From assembly GCA_033762915.1 (NCBI GenBank), contig JANRLD010000023.1, forward strand, positions 1-46,155: a stretch of DNA of 46,155 nucleotides. The letters run 5' to 3'. Below, in pieces: positions 14,804 through 24,920 of the stretch. The notes beneath the pieces are model-generated. The model was not told the origin of the DNA and did no database searches. It saw nothing but the letters and a program-made list of their open reading frames with translations. Every line of letters begins with the position of its first letter. The stretch's first letter is position 1. The translations under genes and the position numbers were made by a program. This DNA is from Meiothermus sp. (lineage in GTDB: Bacteria; Deinococcota; Deinococci; Deinococcales; Thermaceae).

Positions 14804-16759
14804 TCAGCCTCTCCCCTTCACCCAGCGGATCACGCTACCAGTGTCCGCGCCGTTGCCCGCCGCGACCAGGCCCACTCGAGCCAGACTGAAGCGATCCGCG
14901 CCCGGATAGATGTCCGAGAAGGCCCGGTACAGCACGGCCTCCTCGTTGAGGTAGACCTGGAAACGCTCGCCGTCACAGACCGCCCGCAGACGGACCGGGA
15001 CGCCGGGCTTGAGCAGGTGGGGCACCCGGGTCCAGACCTGATCGTAGGGGCTCTCGAAGCCGGCGAAGCGCAGCCGGGCCACGGCGTTGCGCTCGTTCTC
15101 GTCCATCCAGAGCTTGATCATCAGGTAGTGCTGGGAGTCCTGGAAAAAGCACAGCCCGGTTCGGCTCCTGGGGCTGGGGATGATCTCGGCCTCGAGGTCG
15201 GCCAAATTGTGGCCCCAGGGGGCGGTGTAGAGCACCCGCTCGCCCTCGTCCACCCACAGCTTCAGCCCCTCGCGCAACACGACCAGCCGGGCCTTGCCCA
15301 CGCTGCGCTGCCACTGGACGGGCAGTGAAAGCTCGGGGGTGAACGTTTGCTCGAGCCGGATTTGGCGGGCCTGGGGCTGCCAGGGCAGGCCCAAGTCCAG
15401 TTCGGCAGGCAGTTCGATCTCGCGCGGGTGGGCCTCGAAGTCGCCCACCGCGCCGCGCAGCCCCACCCCGCCCGCCTCGGCCAGACGGGCCTCGGCCACC
15501 CCGTGCTCGCCGAAGAGGGGCCGGCCATCCATCACCGCCATGACCTCGCGCCCGTCGTCAAGGACGTGGATCCAGCGCGGCTCATCCGACGTCTCGGTCT
15601 CCTGGCGGCTGCTGGCCAGAATGAAGTCTTGGCCGCCGTAGCGCAGCCGCAGACGGCTCTCGAGCACGTATCCCGCCCCCTTGCTATCGAGACGGCCCCT
15701 CTTGGGGTACTGGTTCTGCTCCAGGGCCAGGTAGTTCTGGCTGTCCAGGTAGCGCCAGATCAGACTGGTGGTGGGGGCGGCGGGGTTCTGCTCCAGGGAC
15801 AGCGGGTTGAGGGGGGCGCTCAGGCGGGCGTGGATCAGGCCGCTGGGCTGACCCGGCTTGAGCAGCATGTGGTTGCCCACCAGATTCCAGGCCCCCCCGA
15901 CAGCGGCCTGCCGCCCGAGTTGGGGCTGGCGGTCGGCGGCGTGGGCGGTTCCGTACCAGCGGCCCCATCCCCGCACCTGCCGAACCTGCACGCCGTACAC
16001 CCGGGTATCGGCGCGGCAACCCGACTCCCCCAGGATGGACTGGTGAACACCGGCGTAGAGCTCGTCCTCGACCGGGCTGTAGGGGTCGATGGCGATGGGG
16101 CGCAGCTTGGGCAGCGCGGGCAAATGGGCGCTGCCCGCCACCGAGCCCACGTAGAAGGCCACACCGCTTTCACGCAGCAGGGCCACCAGGTAGAGCGGGT
16201 TGTTGGCAAGTCCCACCATGAGCTGGTTGAGTCCGCGCAGGGTCGTGGCCCAGAGTTCGCCGTTGGAGCGCCCGTTGCCTTTGATGACCAGGGCGTGGCT
16301 GTGCAGGAGCGGATTCTGCGGGGCGGGGTGGTCGAACCAGCCCACCGCCAGGTTCTCCTTGAGTCTCTCGGCCTTGCTGTGGGCCTTATGGGGCGAACCC
16401 TGGCCGGCCTGGGGCGTGGCGGGGGGGTTGGTCGGGTGAGATCTGCGGGCCGACTTTTTCTCATCTTCCGGCGAGATCGAACCCTGGGAGTTGTTGTGCC
16501 CGTTGAGCAGAAAGGCCGCAAAGGCCAGACCCGCACGGCGCTCAAAGGGGCCATAGGCCACCCCCTGCCGCCCCCAGCCCGGCTGATCCAGTGGGTCGAA
16601 GCGCAAGGCCCCGTTGTCGATCGAGACCTTGGCCTCGAGGTCTACGCCTAGGCGCACGGTCTGATCGGTGCTCTGGCTGCCGATCACCTCACCAAACATC
16701 ACTTCGTCTTCAAAGCGGTCGGTCAATTCGGTCAGGACGGGCTTGAGGTATTGAGTCAT
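14804..16759 (-). CDS. Hypothetical 651-aa protein with probable beta-sandwich (ConA/LamG-like) repeats
   Basis: Long ORF with normal codon usage; repeated units such as LIWRYLDSQNYLAL and GLCFFQDSQHYLMI..LRAVCDGERFQVYLN; no signal peptide. Confidence 0.7.
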   Translation of the reverse strand: MTQYLKPVLTELTDRFEDEVMFGEVIGSQSTDQTVRLGVDLEAKVSIDNGALRFDPLDQPGWGRQGVAYGPFERRAGLAFAAFLLNGHNNSQGSISPEDEKKSARRSHPTNPPATPQAGQGSPHKAHSKAERLKENLAVGWFDHPAPQNPLLHSHALVIKGNGRSNGELWATTLRGLNQLMVGLANNPLYLVALLRESGVAFYVGSVAGSAHLPALPKLRPIAIDPYSPVEDELYAGVHQSILGESGCRADTRVYGVQVRQVRGWGRWYGTAHAADRQPQLGRQAAVGGAWNLVGNHMLLKPGQPSGLIHARLSAPLNPLSLEQNPAAPTTSLIWRYLDSQNYLALEQNQYPKRGRLDSKGAGYVLESRLRLRYGGQDFILASSRQETETSDEPRWIHVLDDGREVMAVMDGRPLFGEHGVAEARLAEAGGVGLRGAVGDFEAHPREIELPAELDLGLPWQPQARQIRLEQTFTPELSLPVQWQRSVGKARLVVLREGLKLWVDEGERVLYTAPWGHNLADLEAEIIPSPRSRTGLCFFQDSQHYLMIKLWMDENERNAVARLRFAGFESPYDQVWTRVPHLLKPGVPVRLRAVCDGERFQVYLNEEAVLYRAFSDIYPGADRFSLARVGLVAAGNGADTGSVIRWVKGRG

Positions 16760-17208
16760 GGCAGAGAGAGAACCTCAGCCATAAGGTTAACCCTTCGCAC
16801 ATAACCCCCCCGTTATGGTCGCAAACCTTCTCCCAGGCACTCTTCTCGGCTTCCGTTACCCCGATCCCTATGCCGTGGCCCGGTTAAAGGGGCAGATAAC
16901 GTAGCCAGATAACGGAGGGGGGCGAATGCTGGGGCCATACAACCCTTAACCGCCCGCCGCAAAGGCGCAGTACACGCAAACTCGAGCCCTTCCTGGGGCC
17001 AACGCCAGCCCACTGAGGGACCCAGCAGAGCCATATCTGCAATTGGCAGTTTATGCCCATCTGGGCATCCAGCTAACGATAATGCCCACCAGGACTGCAA
17101 CTGCAGCTGCCCAGGGGACCGCCGAACGTCAGACCGCGGTTTGTACAAACGGCTTGGCTTCCAAACGCAGGGGTTCACCTCCGGCCTTCGGCCCTCGGCC
17201 CCCGTCAC

Positions 17209-18393
17209 CTACCGGTACTGCATTAACAAGTTTTTGGCGATAATCACCTTGAGCACCTCGCTGGCCCCCTCGCCGATGCGGGTGAGACGGGCGTCGCGCC
17301 AGTAGCGCTCGACAGGGTACTCCTTGATGTAACCGTAACCGCCCAGAATCTGGATGGCCTCGTCGCAGGCCTGTACCCCCACCTCGGAGGCGTAGAGCTT
17401 GGCCTGGGCGGCGGCGTTGCCGAAGGGTCGCCCGGCGTCGCGGAGGTCGGCGGCCTTGAGGTAGAGCAGCCGGGCCGCCTCGAGCTGGGTGTCCATGTCG
17501 GCCAGCTTGTGCGAGACCGCCTGAAACTCGGCGATGGGCTTGCCGAACTGCTCGCGCTGAAGGGCGTACTTGGCGGCGAAGTCCAGCGCCGCACGGCCCA
17601 GCCCCACCGCCATCGCGGCGATGCCGATGCGCCCGCCCTCGAGCACCCTCATCACGTCGTAAAAGCCCTTGCCCTGGGTACCCAGCAGGGCGCTCTCGGG
17701 CAGTTGAACGTTGTCGAACAGGAGTTGCGCGGTATCGGAGGCGCTGAGGCCCAGCTTCTTCTCCCTACGCCCCACCGCGAAACCCTCTATTGGGGCCTCG
17801 AACACAAAGGCCGAGAGCCCCAGGTGCTTTTTGTCAGGGGAGGGCGCTTCGTCGGTACGGGCGTTGATCACATAGACGCCGCCAACCGATCCCTGGGTTA
17901 TGAACTGCTTGGAGCCGGTGAGCGCCCAGCCGCCGGGGGTCTTGTCGGCTTTGGTGCGCATGGCAGCAGCGTCAGATCCGCTGCCCGGCTCGGTCAAGCC
18001 CCAGGCCCCCAGCACCTCCGCCGAGGCCAGCTTGGGGAGGAAGTGGCGCCTCTGCTCCTCGCTTGCGGCGATCAGGATGTGCCCGGTACATAGTGAGTTG
18101 TGCGAGGCTACGGTCAGGGCCAGCGACCCGTCCACCGCCGCCACCTCCTCCACGATGCGCGCGAAGACGCGCGTCGAGAGACCCGCCCCGCCGTACTGCT
18201 CGGGCACCTGGGCCCCCATAACCCCCATCTGACCCAGCTTGCGGACGATCTCGAGGGGAAACTCCCCGGTCTCGTCGCGCTCCGCGGCGCCAGGAGCCAC
18301 CTCGGCCTGGAGAAAGTCGCGCAGCGCACCGATAATCTGGCGCTCCTCGCTGTCGAGTTCGAACCACAACTCCTTGGGGCGGTCGGCAATCAT
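17209..18393 (-). CDS. Acyl-CoA dehydrogenase
   Basis: [61 protein letters not shown]. Confidence 0.96.
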   Translation of the reverse strand: MIADRPKELWFELDSEERQIIGALRDFLQAEVAPGAAERDETGEFPLEIVRKLGQMGVMGAQVPEQYGGAGLSTRVFARIVEEVAAVDGSLALTVASHNSLCTGHILIAASEEQRRHFLPKLASAEVLGAWGLTEPGSGSDAAAMRTKADKTPGGWALTGSKQFITQGSVGGVYVINARTDEAPSPDKKHLGLSAFVFEAPIEGFAVGRREKKLGLSASDTAQLLFDNVQLPESALLGTQGKGFYDVMRVLEGGRIGIAAMAVGLGRAALDFAAKYALQREQFGKPIAEFQAVSHKLADMDTQLEAARLLYLKAADLRDAGRPFGNAAAQAKLYASEVGVQACDEAIQILGGYGYIKEYPVERYWRDARLTRIGEGASEVLKVIIAKNLLMQYR

Positions 18394-18620
18394 TTATAAC
18401 TCCTTGAGAACTCCAATATATCACTTTTTACAGCTAGTGCTGCAAAAACGTAATACAACCTCGAGGGGTTGGCGTTACAGAGGTGAGTTCTAAGGCCCGG
18501 GTCATTCTCACGCCGTAATGGTTTTCTGAAAATCTAGTGATATAGTGGGTAATCGTGCCCCCAGCCGAGCATCTGTCATCGCCGTTTGGAGGCTCATCGC
18601 GTTTTTGGAGGAACGCCTGA

Positions 18621-19013
18621 ATGGAGCTTGAAGCAGGAGCAATCGTCGAAGGCCGCGTGACCCGGATCATGGATTTCGGGGCATTTATCGAGTTTCCTAC
18701 GGGAGAGTCGGGACTGCTGCACATCTCGCAGATCGCCCACGAGTTCGTCCGTAACATCCGCGACCACCTCAACGAGGGCGACGTGGTGAGCGTGATGGTT
18801 CTGGGCCGCGACGACCGGGGCCGACTCGACCTTTCCATCAAGGAACTCTCCGCCCCGCCCGTGGAGCCCCCCCGTCCCAAGCGCCTGCCCCGGCAAGCCC
18901 CCGAGTTTGAGAACAAACTCAAGAGCTTCCTGCGCGGCTCCGGCGGCTTCGGCGGCGGCGGTGGCGGAAGCCGCAAGCCCAGCGGCGGCAAAGGCGGACG
19001 CAAGCGGCGCTAA
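18621..19013 (+). CDS. S1 RNA-binding domain protein (YugI/YabR-like)
   Basis: GRVTRIMDFGAFI..GLLHISQI...LDLSIK and FENKLKSFL with Gly/basic tail; GGAGG RBS. Confidence 0.92.
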   Translation: MELEAGAIVEGRVTRIMDFGAFIEFPTGESGLLHISQIAHEFVRNIRDHLNEGDVVSVMVLGRDDRGRLDLSIKELSAPPVEPPRPKRLPRQAPEFENKLKSFLRGSGGFGGGGGGSRKPSGGKGGRKRR

Positions 19014-19028
19014 CCCAGGCGCGACGGC

Positions 19029-19055
19029 AACCCCAAGAGTGATCTTGGGGTTTTT
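19029..19055 (+). terminator. Intrinsic terminator
   Basis: AACCCCAAGA-GTGA-TCTTGGGGTT followed by T-run. Confidence 0.85.
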
Positions 19056-19079
19056 GTGTTTGGGAAGGTTACAGAGTAT

Positions 19080-19619
19080 TCACTTCCTGTACCTGTCTTC
19101 CATTAGCCGCAGGAACTGGGCGGACTGGCCTTTGGGCACCGAGAGGTTCTCGAACCCCTCGGCTCGGATCATCTTGGCCAGCTGCACGATCTGACCGCCA
19201 TGGTAGGCGGTGTGGGCCAGCGAGCGCTGAATCGCCTCCGGCACACTGTGCGGCTGACTGCGGATGGTGATGGTGCGCCCCAGGTCGGCCTCGGTCAAGG
19301 TTGCGAGCGTCCCCAGCACCGCCGCCCAGCCCCCCTCCCAGCCCTCGAGCAGGCCCTGCACGGTGTCGCCCTCGAACAGCTCGAACTCGGCGTCGCGCAC
19401 CCGGTCGGGCTTCTCGCCGTCAGCGGTGAGGAAGTCCGTCCACCTCGAGCGCAGATTCCCCCCAACGTGCTTGACCACCACCGCCAAGCAGTTCGACTCC
19501 CGCGCGGGCACATAAAACCACTCGGCTTCGCCGACCTGGACGAGCGCGCGGTCTGACAGTTCCTTATAGCGGCGGAACTCCGCAGCCGTGGCCTCTAGGA
19601 ACAGCGTGGCAGCCCCCAT
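19080..19619 (-). CDS. DUF1572 / DinB-superfamily protein
   Basis: SNCLAVVVKHVGGNLRSRWTDFLT.DGEKPDR.RD.EF and AHTAYHGGQIV motifs; TAGTAT -10 box 5 nt before ATG 19619. Confidence 0.88.
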   Translation of the reverse strand: MGAATLFLEATAAEFRRYKELSDRALVQVGEAEWFYVPARESNCLAVVVKHVGGNLRSRWTDFLTADGEKPDRVRDAEFELFEGDTVQGLLEGWEGGWAAVLGTLATLTEADLGRTITIRSQPHSVPEAIQRSLAHTAYHGGQIVQLAKMIRAEGFENLSVPKGQSAQFLRLMEDRYRK

Positions 19620-19700
19620 AGCCGATACTACCAATGCCCGCGGCCTTGCTGCCGTTTACGGATTTGGTGTAGGTAGCTCGGACCCTGAACGCCCCGGCCC

Positions 19701-20501
19701 CTAAATCTGCCCTTCCAGGTCGCTGAAGTCCATCCCCATTGCGTTGTAACCACCGTCCACATAGACCGTCTGGCCGGTGGTGCCGCCCGCCAGCGGGGAG
19801 AGAAGGTACAGGGCCAGGTTGCCGACCTCCTCGTGGGTGACGGGGCGCTTAAGGGGGGCGGTTCCGGCGTACTTGGCGATCATCTTGCGAAAGCCGGGGA
19901 TGCTCATGGAGGCTACGGTGCGAACCGCGCCCGCGCTGACCGCATTGACGCGGATGCCCTTCGCCCCCAGTTCGTAGGCCAAGTAGCGCACGCTGGCCTC
20001 GAGGGCGGCCTTGGCTACCCCCATCACGTTGTACTTGGGTACCACCTTTTCGCTTGCGTAGTAGGTCATGGTGATGACCGAACTTCCCGGCAGCAACAGC
20101 CGCTCGGCCTCCCGAACGGTCGCCACCAGCGAGTAGGCCGAGATTTGCAGGGAGGTGTTCCAGTCGGCAGCGGTGGTCTCCACGAAGCGACCCTCCATGG
20201 CGGTGCGGGGGGCGAAGCCGATGGAGTGAACCACGGCGTCGAGGTGGCCCCAGGCCGACTCGAGGTCAGCGAACATGACCCTCAGGGCCTCCTCGTTGGT
20301 GACATCCACCTCGTACAAGCGGCGGCCGGTGTAGTCGGCGGTGAGTTTCTCGAGCTTCTCCCTGAGCCGCTCACCCTGGTAGCTGAAGGCGATCTCCGCC
20401 CCGGCGGCGTGCAGCCTCTCGGCAATTGCCCAGGCCAGACTGTGCTCGTTGGTAACGCCCATCACCAGCGCCTTCTTGCCCGACAGGTTGAGTTCGACCA
20501 T
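19701..20501 (-). CDS. fabI: Enoyl-ACP reductase
   Basis: GKKALVMGVTNEHSLAWAIA, HSIGFAP, YNVMGVAKAALEASVRYLA catalytic motif. Confidence 0.97.
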   Translation of the reverse strand: MVELNLSGKKALVMGVTNEHSLAWAIAERLHAAGAEIAFSYQGERLREKLEKLTADYTGRRLYEVDVTNEEALRVMFADLESAWGHLDAVVHSIGFAPRTAMEGRFVETTAADWNTSLQISAYSLVATVREAERLLLPGSSVITMTYYASEKVVPKYNVMGVAKAALEASVRYLAYELGAKGIRVNAVSAGAVRTVASMSIPGFRKMIAKYAGTAPLKRPVTHEEVGNLALYLLSPLAGGTTGQTVYVDGGYNAMGMDFSDLEGQI

Positions 20502-21447
20502 AACTGGTGCATTCTACAGGCTCAGTCGTGCAAAAAGGAATTTGCGCCCGCCAGGGGGCATCCGCGAGGTCACCCAAAGCCTACCCATGCGGCTGGAGAG
20601 GTCAGGGGAGTTTGTTCCGAGATCGCCGTCACCACGCGGTCGGCCAGATGCCTGGCCAGCCGGCTCGCTACCGCGTCCAAGCGGTGGTCCCAGTCCACCC
20701 CCTACGCGATCGACCAGGTTTCGCGTCAAAAGCGGACGTTTGGGGGCCGAAATCCTTTGGGCCGAAATCCGCCCCTCACCCCAGCAAACCCGTGGGGCAC
20801 AGGATTTTACGAGGATTTGGCGCAGAGGAGTGTGCTGGCGTCAACGCATCGCGGGGAGTGGAGTCATTGCGGTTTAGCGTTACGTCGGTGCTGCGATTTT
20901 GGGTCATTAATCACTAAAAGCCCAGTGGCATAAGGGGAGAATACTCGAAACAAGCCATCGTCTTGCTCGACCGCTACCTCAAAACATCATGTGAGCATCG
21001 GGGTTTGGCGCCAGCCTGTGTCCGCTGTACAGGTTGTCGGCCTCGAGGGCGCAGCTGGAATGGGGGTGTGGCCGAGAACCATGTCAAGTAACGTCGTACT
21101 CGAAAACCCTCGAGCCCGGCAGAAAGGAAAGATGCGCGACCTGGATATAGCCTATAAACAATCTAAACATCCGAACCCATTGACCCAAAACAGACCGCAA
21201 TCGTTTTCTATACCAATCCACATCAATCCTGATACAATCACATATTGATCAGCGTTTACCGCACAAACCACTTCCGGGATATTCATCACTTTTCTAACTA
21301 ACGCTTGTTAGATAGTCTATTCCCATCTTCGGTCATCCGCCGTAACGGCTGGTTGGCAATGGCAGTCACCGCAGGTCAGCAGGGCACCACCAAACTGGGG
21401 ATTGTGCCGGGCAGTACGGCCCCGTCGAGGAACACAGGAGGGAGATC

Positions 21448-21666
21448 ATGCAAACGATCAAGACCGAGGTCAGCGCGATACAGTGCGAGTGGATTCCTGG
21501 GACCATGAACCAGGTGCGGGTTCGTTTGCTTGACGGGGACATGGAACTTTCGATAGATCAGCTGCAGAAAGCTGCCGGCAAAGACGCTGTACACGAAATG
21601 TACCTCAAGGGCCTGATCAGCCTGCCCTTTAGCGCCAAGTTAAAAGAGGCGCTGGCGCGCCGCTGA
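21448..21666 (+). CDS. Small hypothetical protein (72 aa)
   Basis: Strong GGAGGGAG RBS, protein-like composition, own downstream terminator. Confidence 0.75.
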   Translation: MQTIKTEVSAIQCEWIPGTMNQVRVRLLDGDMELSIDQLQKAAGKDAVHEMYLKGLISLPFSAKLKEALARR

Positions 21667-21680
21667 CCTTGCACTGCCCG

Positions 21681-21712
21681 ACAGCCGACCGGAGGAGGTC
21701 GGCTGTTTTTTT
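21681..21712 (+). terminator. Intrinsic terminator
   Basis: ACAGCCGACC-GGAGGA-GGTCGGCTGT plus T-run. Confidence 0.88.
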
Positions 21713-21833
21713 GGAGTGGTTTGAGTATGCTGATAGCAAAACCGTAGGTCGGTAGGCAAGCCCAGCCCTCGGCGCTCGAGGGAAACCTACTCATGCCGTG
21801 ACTCGCGACCTGCGACCTTCTGTAAAATGCGGC

Positions 21834-22361
21834 ATGTCGGAACACCAGTTTCTCAGCCGGTTCGGCGACGCGGCCCACTGCCTGCGGCTGCTCGAGCGCT
21901 CCCAGCGTGAACTCCTGTCGCTCTTAGAGGGCCTAACCGACCCGCAACTGCACGCCCGGTCTGCCCCCGAAGTCTGGAGCCCCGCCGAGGTGATCGAGCA
22001 CACCGCCAAGACCGAGGACTCCTTCGCCCGGGTGATCCGCCGCCTGCGCCGCGCGGCCAAGGGAGAAAACCTACCCGCCGTTCCGGTGCCCGCCGGGCAG
22101 CTATCGGCGCAGGGTAAGCCGGTGGCCCCCGAAATCCTGCAGCCCAAGGGGATGAACCGGGCCGAACTCGAGGCCGCCTTGCACAACACTCGAGCCTTCC
22201 TGCTGAAGGAGGTGCGCGAGAGCGGCGACCTGATTAACCACCCTGCCACTTTCACCCACATGTTTTTCGGGGAGGTTAATGCGCTGGGCTGGCTGCAGTG
22301 CGCGGTCTTCCACCAGCGGCACCACCTGGATCAGATCCGCGAGCGGCTGGGCGGGGCTTAA
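21834..22361 (+). CDS. DinB family protein
   Basis: WSPAEVIEH...THMFFGEVN...W....FHQRHH..QI His motifs; TAAAAT -10 box 5 nt before ATG 21834. Confidence 0.88.
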   Translation: MSEHQFLSRFGDAAHCLRLLERSQRELLSLLEGLTDPQLHARSAPEVWSPAEVIEHTAKTEDSFARVIRRLRRAAKGENLPAVPVPAGQLSAQGKPVAPEILQPKGMNRAELEAALHNTRAFLLKEVRESGDLINHPATFTHMFFGEVNALGWLQCAVFHQRHHLDQIRERLGGA

Positions 22362-24100
22362 GCCGGGTTGGCGGGCTTCTCGACCTTGGGCCGCTCGAGC
22401 GTAGACACCTCGGACTTTTCGAGGGTGGTAGCGGAAGCCTCGGGCAGCACCGCCTCAAGCTCCGCTCGTGCGGCTTCCTCCACCAATTCCGGCGCACCAG
22501 CCTCGGGCCTCCCGGGTGCGACAGCCTCGGGATTCTCGAGTGCGACAGCCTCGGGCCTCCAGAGCATCACCCGGCTGCGACCGGCCCGCTTGGCGGCATA
22601 GAGGGCTTGGTCGGCTTTCTCGAGCAGGGCCAGCGGGGTCTCGGCCTGCTGGGGGTAGACGGCGATCCCCACCGAGAAGCTCACGCTCAGGCGCGCCTCG
22701 CCGTAGGCCAGGTCGAGGCGTTCGAAGGCCCGCCTTAGGGTCTCGAGGCGCTGCTCGGCCACATCGAGCCCCACCCCCGGCATCAGCAAAACGATCTCTT
22801 CGCCACCGTAGCGACACACGGTGTCCTCGGCCCTGGTCCTGCTCAGCAAGAGCTGGCCCAGGGCGATCAGCACCCCGTCACCCGCGCCGTGGCCGTGGGT
22901 GTCGTTGAGCAGCTTGAAGTGGTCTATATCCAGCATTGCCACACTGACCGACACCCCCTTGCGCCGGGCCTTTTGCAACTCCTTGGGCAGCACCTCGTCG
23001 AGGTGACGTCGATTGTGCAGTCCGGTCAGGGGGTCGCGGACGGTCTCCTCCTGCAACTTGCTCTGGAGCAACTGGTTCTCGGCCAACTGGTCGCGAAGTT
23101 CCTGCTCGGCCCGTTTGAGGTGGCTGATGTCGCTTAGCTCGACCAGACGCCCCCGAACCTGCCCGCGCTCGTCGGGAATAGGGGTCACGCGCAGTTCCAC
23201 GTGCAGCTCCCCCTGGCGCACCTCCTCCTGCCGGGCCTGCACCCCCAGCAAGTGGCCGACCCAATGGGAAGGCAACACCTCGCCCATCCGCCGCCCGATC
23301 ACCTCCCGGCCCGCTGGCCCCAGCATCCGGAGGGCTGCCGGGTTAGCGTCGAGGATGCGGTTGCGCTCGTCCAGTACCAGCATCCCGTCGCGCATGTGCT
23401 CGATCAGGGCCGATCTGGCCACGGGCACCACCTCCAGCAGGCGGAACCTCGAGAGGCTGTACATGATCAACAAGCCGGTCAGCAGAAAGGCCAGCGGGGT
23501 CAGGGGGAGGTCGGGCCTGGGGCTGTTCCCGGTCAGCTCGAGCAGGCTCACCCCCACCGGAATCAAGGCCCCGAGGGTCAGGGTGAGCAGTTGCCAGCGG
23601 TAGACCCCCGTGGCGTCGAGCAGGGCGGTCACCAGCAAGGCCAAGGCCCACAGCAGCAACACGTAGGAGTAGACCAGCGTGAGGTCGGCCCCTGCCCCCC
23701 CGACCCGCCCGGCGGCGTCCTGCCAGAAAAGTCCGAAAACCCCGTTGGTCAGCAGCATTCCCAGGCTAAGCAAGGGTATCAGGGTTAGCCACATCAGCAC
23801 CCTGGGGGTAAGCCAATGGTTGCGCTCGGTTAGGCGCACCACAAAAACCCAGAAGGCGGTGGGCACCACCAGCGCCCCCACCAGCCCGAAATCCAGCCAG
23901 AACACGGCCGAGGGGCTGGGCACCCCCAGCTTGTGGAAGGCACTGCCCAGGTCCCACCAGGCCACCCCCAGCATGAAGACCAGCAGGGCCCTCGAGCCCC
24001 GATTGCGGCCCCGGCGGTTCCAGAGCACCCAGGCCACCAACAACGCCAGCCCTGCTGCCACGCACAGGGCTATTCCCAGCCAGAACTCAAGCTCTTCCAT
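22358..24100 (-). CDS. Membrane diguanylate cyclase (HisKA_7TM-like, PAS, GGDEF)
   Basis: About 7 TM helices, PAS (DGMLVLD..NRILDANPAA), DPLTGLHNRR, DIDHFK..ND..GH..GD, RxxD I-site (RAED) and GGEEI. Confidence 0.93.
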   Translation of the reverse strand: MEELEFWLGIALCVAAGLALLVAWVLWNRRGRNRGSRALLVFMLGVAWWDLGSAFHKLGVPSPSAVFWLDFGLVGALVVPTAFWVFVVRLTERNHWLTPRVLMWLTLIPLLSLGMLLTNGVFGLFWQDAAGRVGGAGADLTLVYSYVLLLWALALLVTALLDATGVYRWQLLTLTLGALIPVGVSLLELTGNSPRPDLPLTPLAFLLTGLLIMYSLSRFRLLEVVPVARSALIEHMRDGMLVLDERNRILDANPAALRMLGPAGREVIGRRMGEVLPSHWVGHLLGVQARQEEVRQGELHVELRVTPIPDERGQVRGRLVELSDISHLKRAEQELRDQLAENQLLQSKLQEETVRDPLTGLHNRRHLDEVLPKELQKARRKGVSVSVAMLDIDHFKLLNDTHGHGAGDGVLIALGQLLLSRTRAEDTVCRYGGEEIVLLMPGVGLDVAEQRLETLRRAFERLDLAYGEARLSVSFSVGIAVYPQQAETPLALLEKADQALYAAKRAGRSRVMLWRPEAVALENPEAVAPGRPEAGAPELVEEAARAELEAVLPEASATTLEKSEVSTLERPKVEKPANPA

Positions 24101-24413
24101 CTAACAGAGCTCAGTCTACGGCACGCCGTAACATTTGCCCACAAACCCGTATAAAACTTCTCAGGCTTTGGAATGGCTTCGGTCTTTATCTCCAAGGCCG
24201 CCCTGCCGTTACAGCACTCGGATAAAACGTACCATGATTCGGAAAAGTTGCAGGGACAACTATATGGCTTTCGTACAAGGAGAAGGGGGCGCTCGAGGTC
24301 GGCTCGTTACAAAACGCATAACTCATCAAGTAACAACCTTAACGAAACGTTCAGTCCGCCGGTTTAGTCCATATTCACCCATTGACTTCGGGGTTTCTTC
24401 TACTCTGAGTCTC

Positions 24414-24697
24414 GTGAGTGTACGCCAGCAGCAAAGCGACCTTCGTCTCCCGTCGCCTTTCTCGCGTTTTGCTCTGCGTCGTCCCTCGAGACTGGGGGCG
24501 AGAAATCGCCCCCAGCGTTGTCTCTCGTCTAGCGTTTTTCTCTCGCTCGGCGTACACCACACTTTTGTTGTTCGGTAGGCGCACCCTCCTTCTGCCCTCG
24601 TAGTAATGCGACTGCCATAAAGTCGCTTACCGAACAACTCTCCCTTCCCGCACCCTCCCGACCCGGCCCCTCTCCCAACGAGAGGGGCCTCGTCATT
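24414..24697 (+). ncRNA. Candidate structured small RNA (unassigned family)
   Basis: TACTCT -10 box 7 nt upstream, several long stems, GAAA tetraloop, C/U-rich loops and a terminal hairpin; see findings. Confidence 0.5.
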
Positions 24698-24920
24698 GGG
24701 CATGGGGCTGTGACGGTTGCGGCGTCGGCCCCGGCAAAGTCTGCTATAAACAGGTCGAGGGCTTGCTGTGCGGAGCCAGGCCGATAGAGTCTAGTGTTTG
24801 TCGAAGGGCCAGAGTCAAGGTTCCAACATCTCGCCTAAGGCCTGATCCATGATCCAGGGGCACGGCGTCAACGGGTTACGAGAGAAGTTCGTCCTAGGCC
24901 GCCAACCGGAGGGGTTCAAA

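Noticed and set aside
20502..21150. Long spacer with short ORFs and a GGGCCGAAATCC duplication (~20744-20770)
   Set aside because: No ORF with convincing codon bias or RBS; a two-copy repeat alone is weak evidence
22440..22565. Short repeats (GTGCGACAGCCTCGGG x2) in the cyclase 3' end
   Set aside because: Explained by the low-complexity PEAVA-type C-terminal tail
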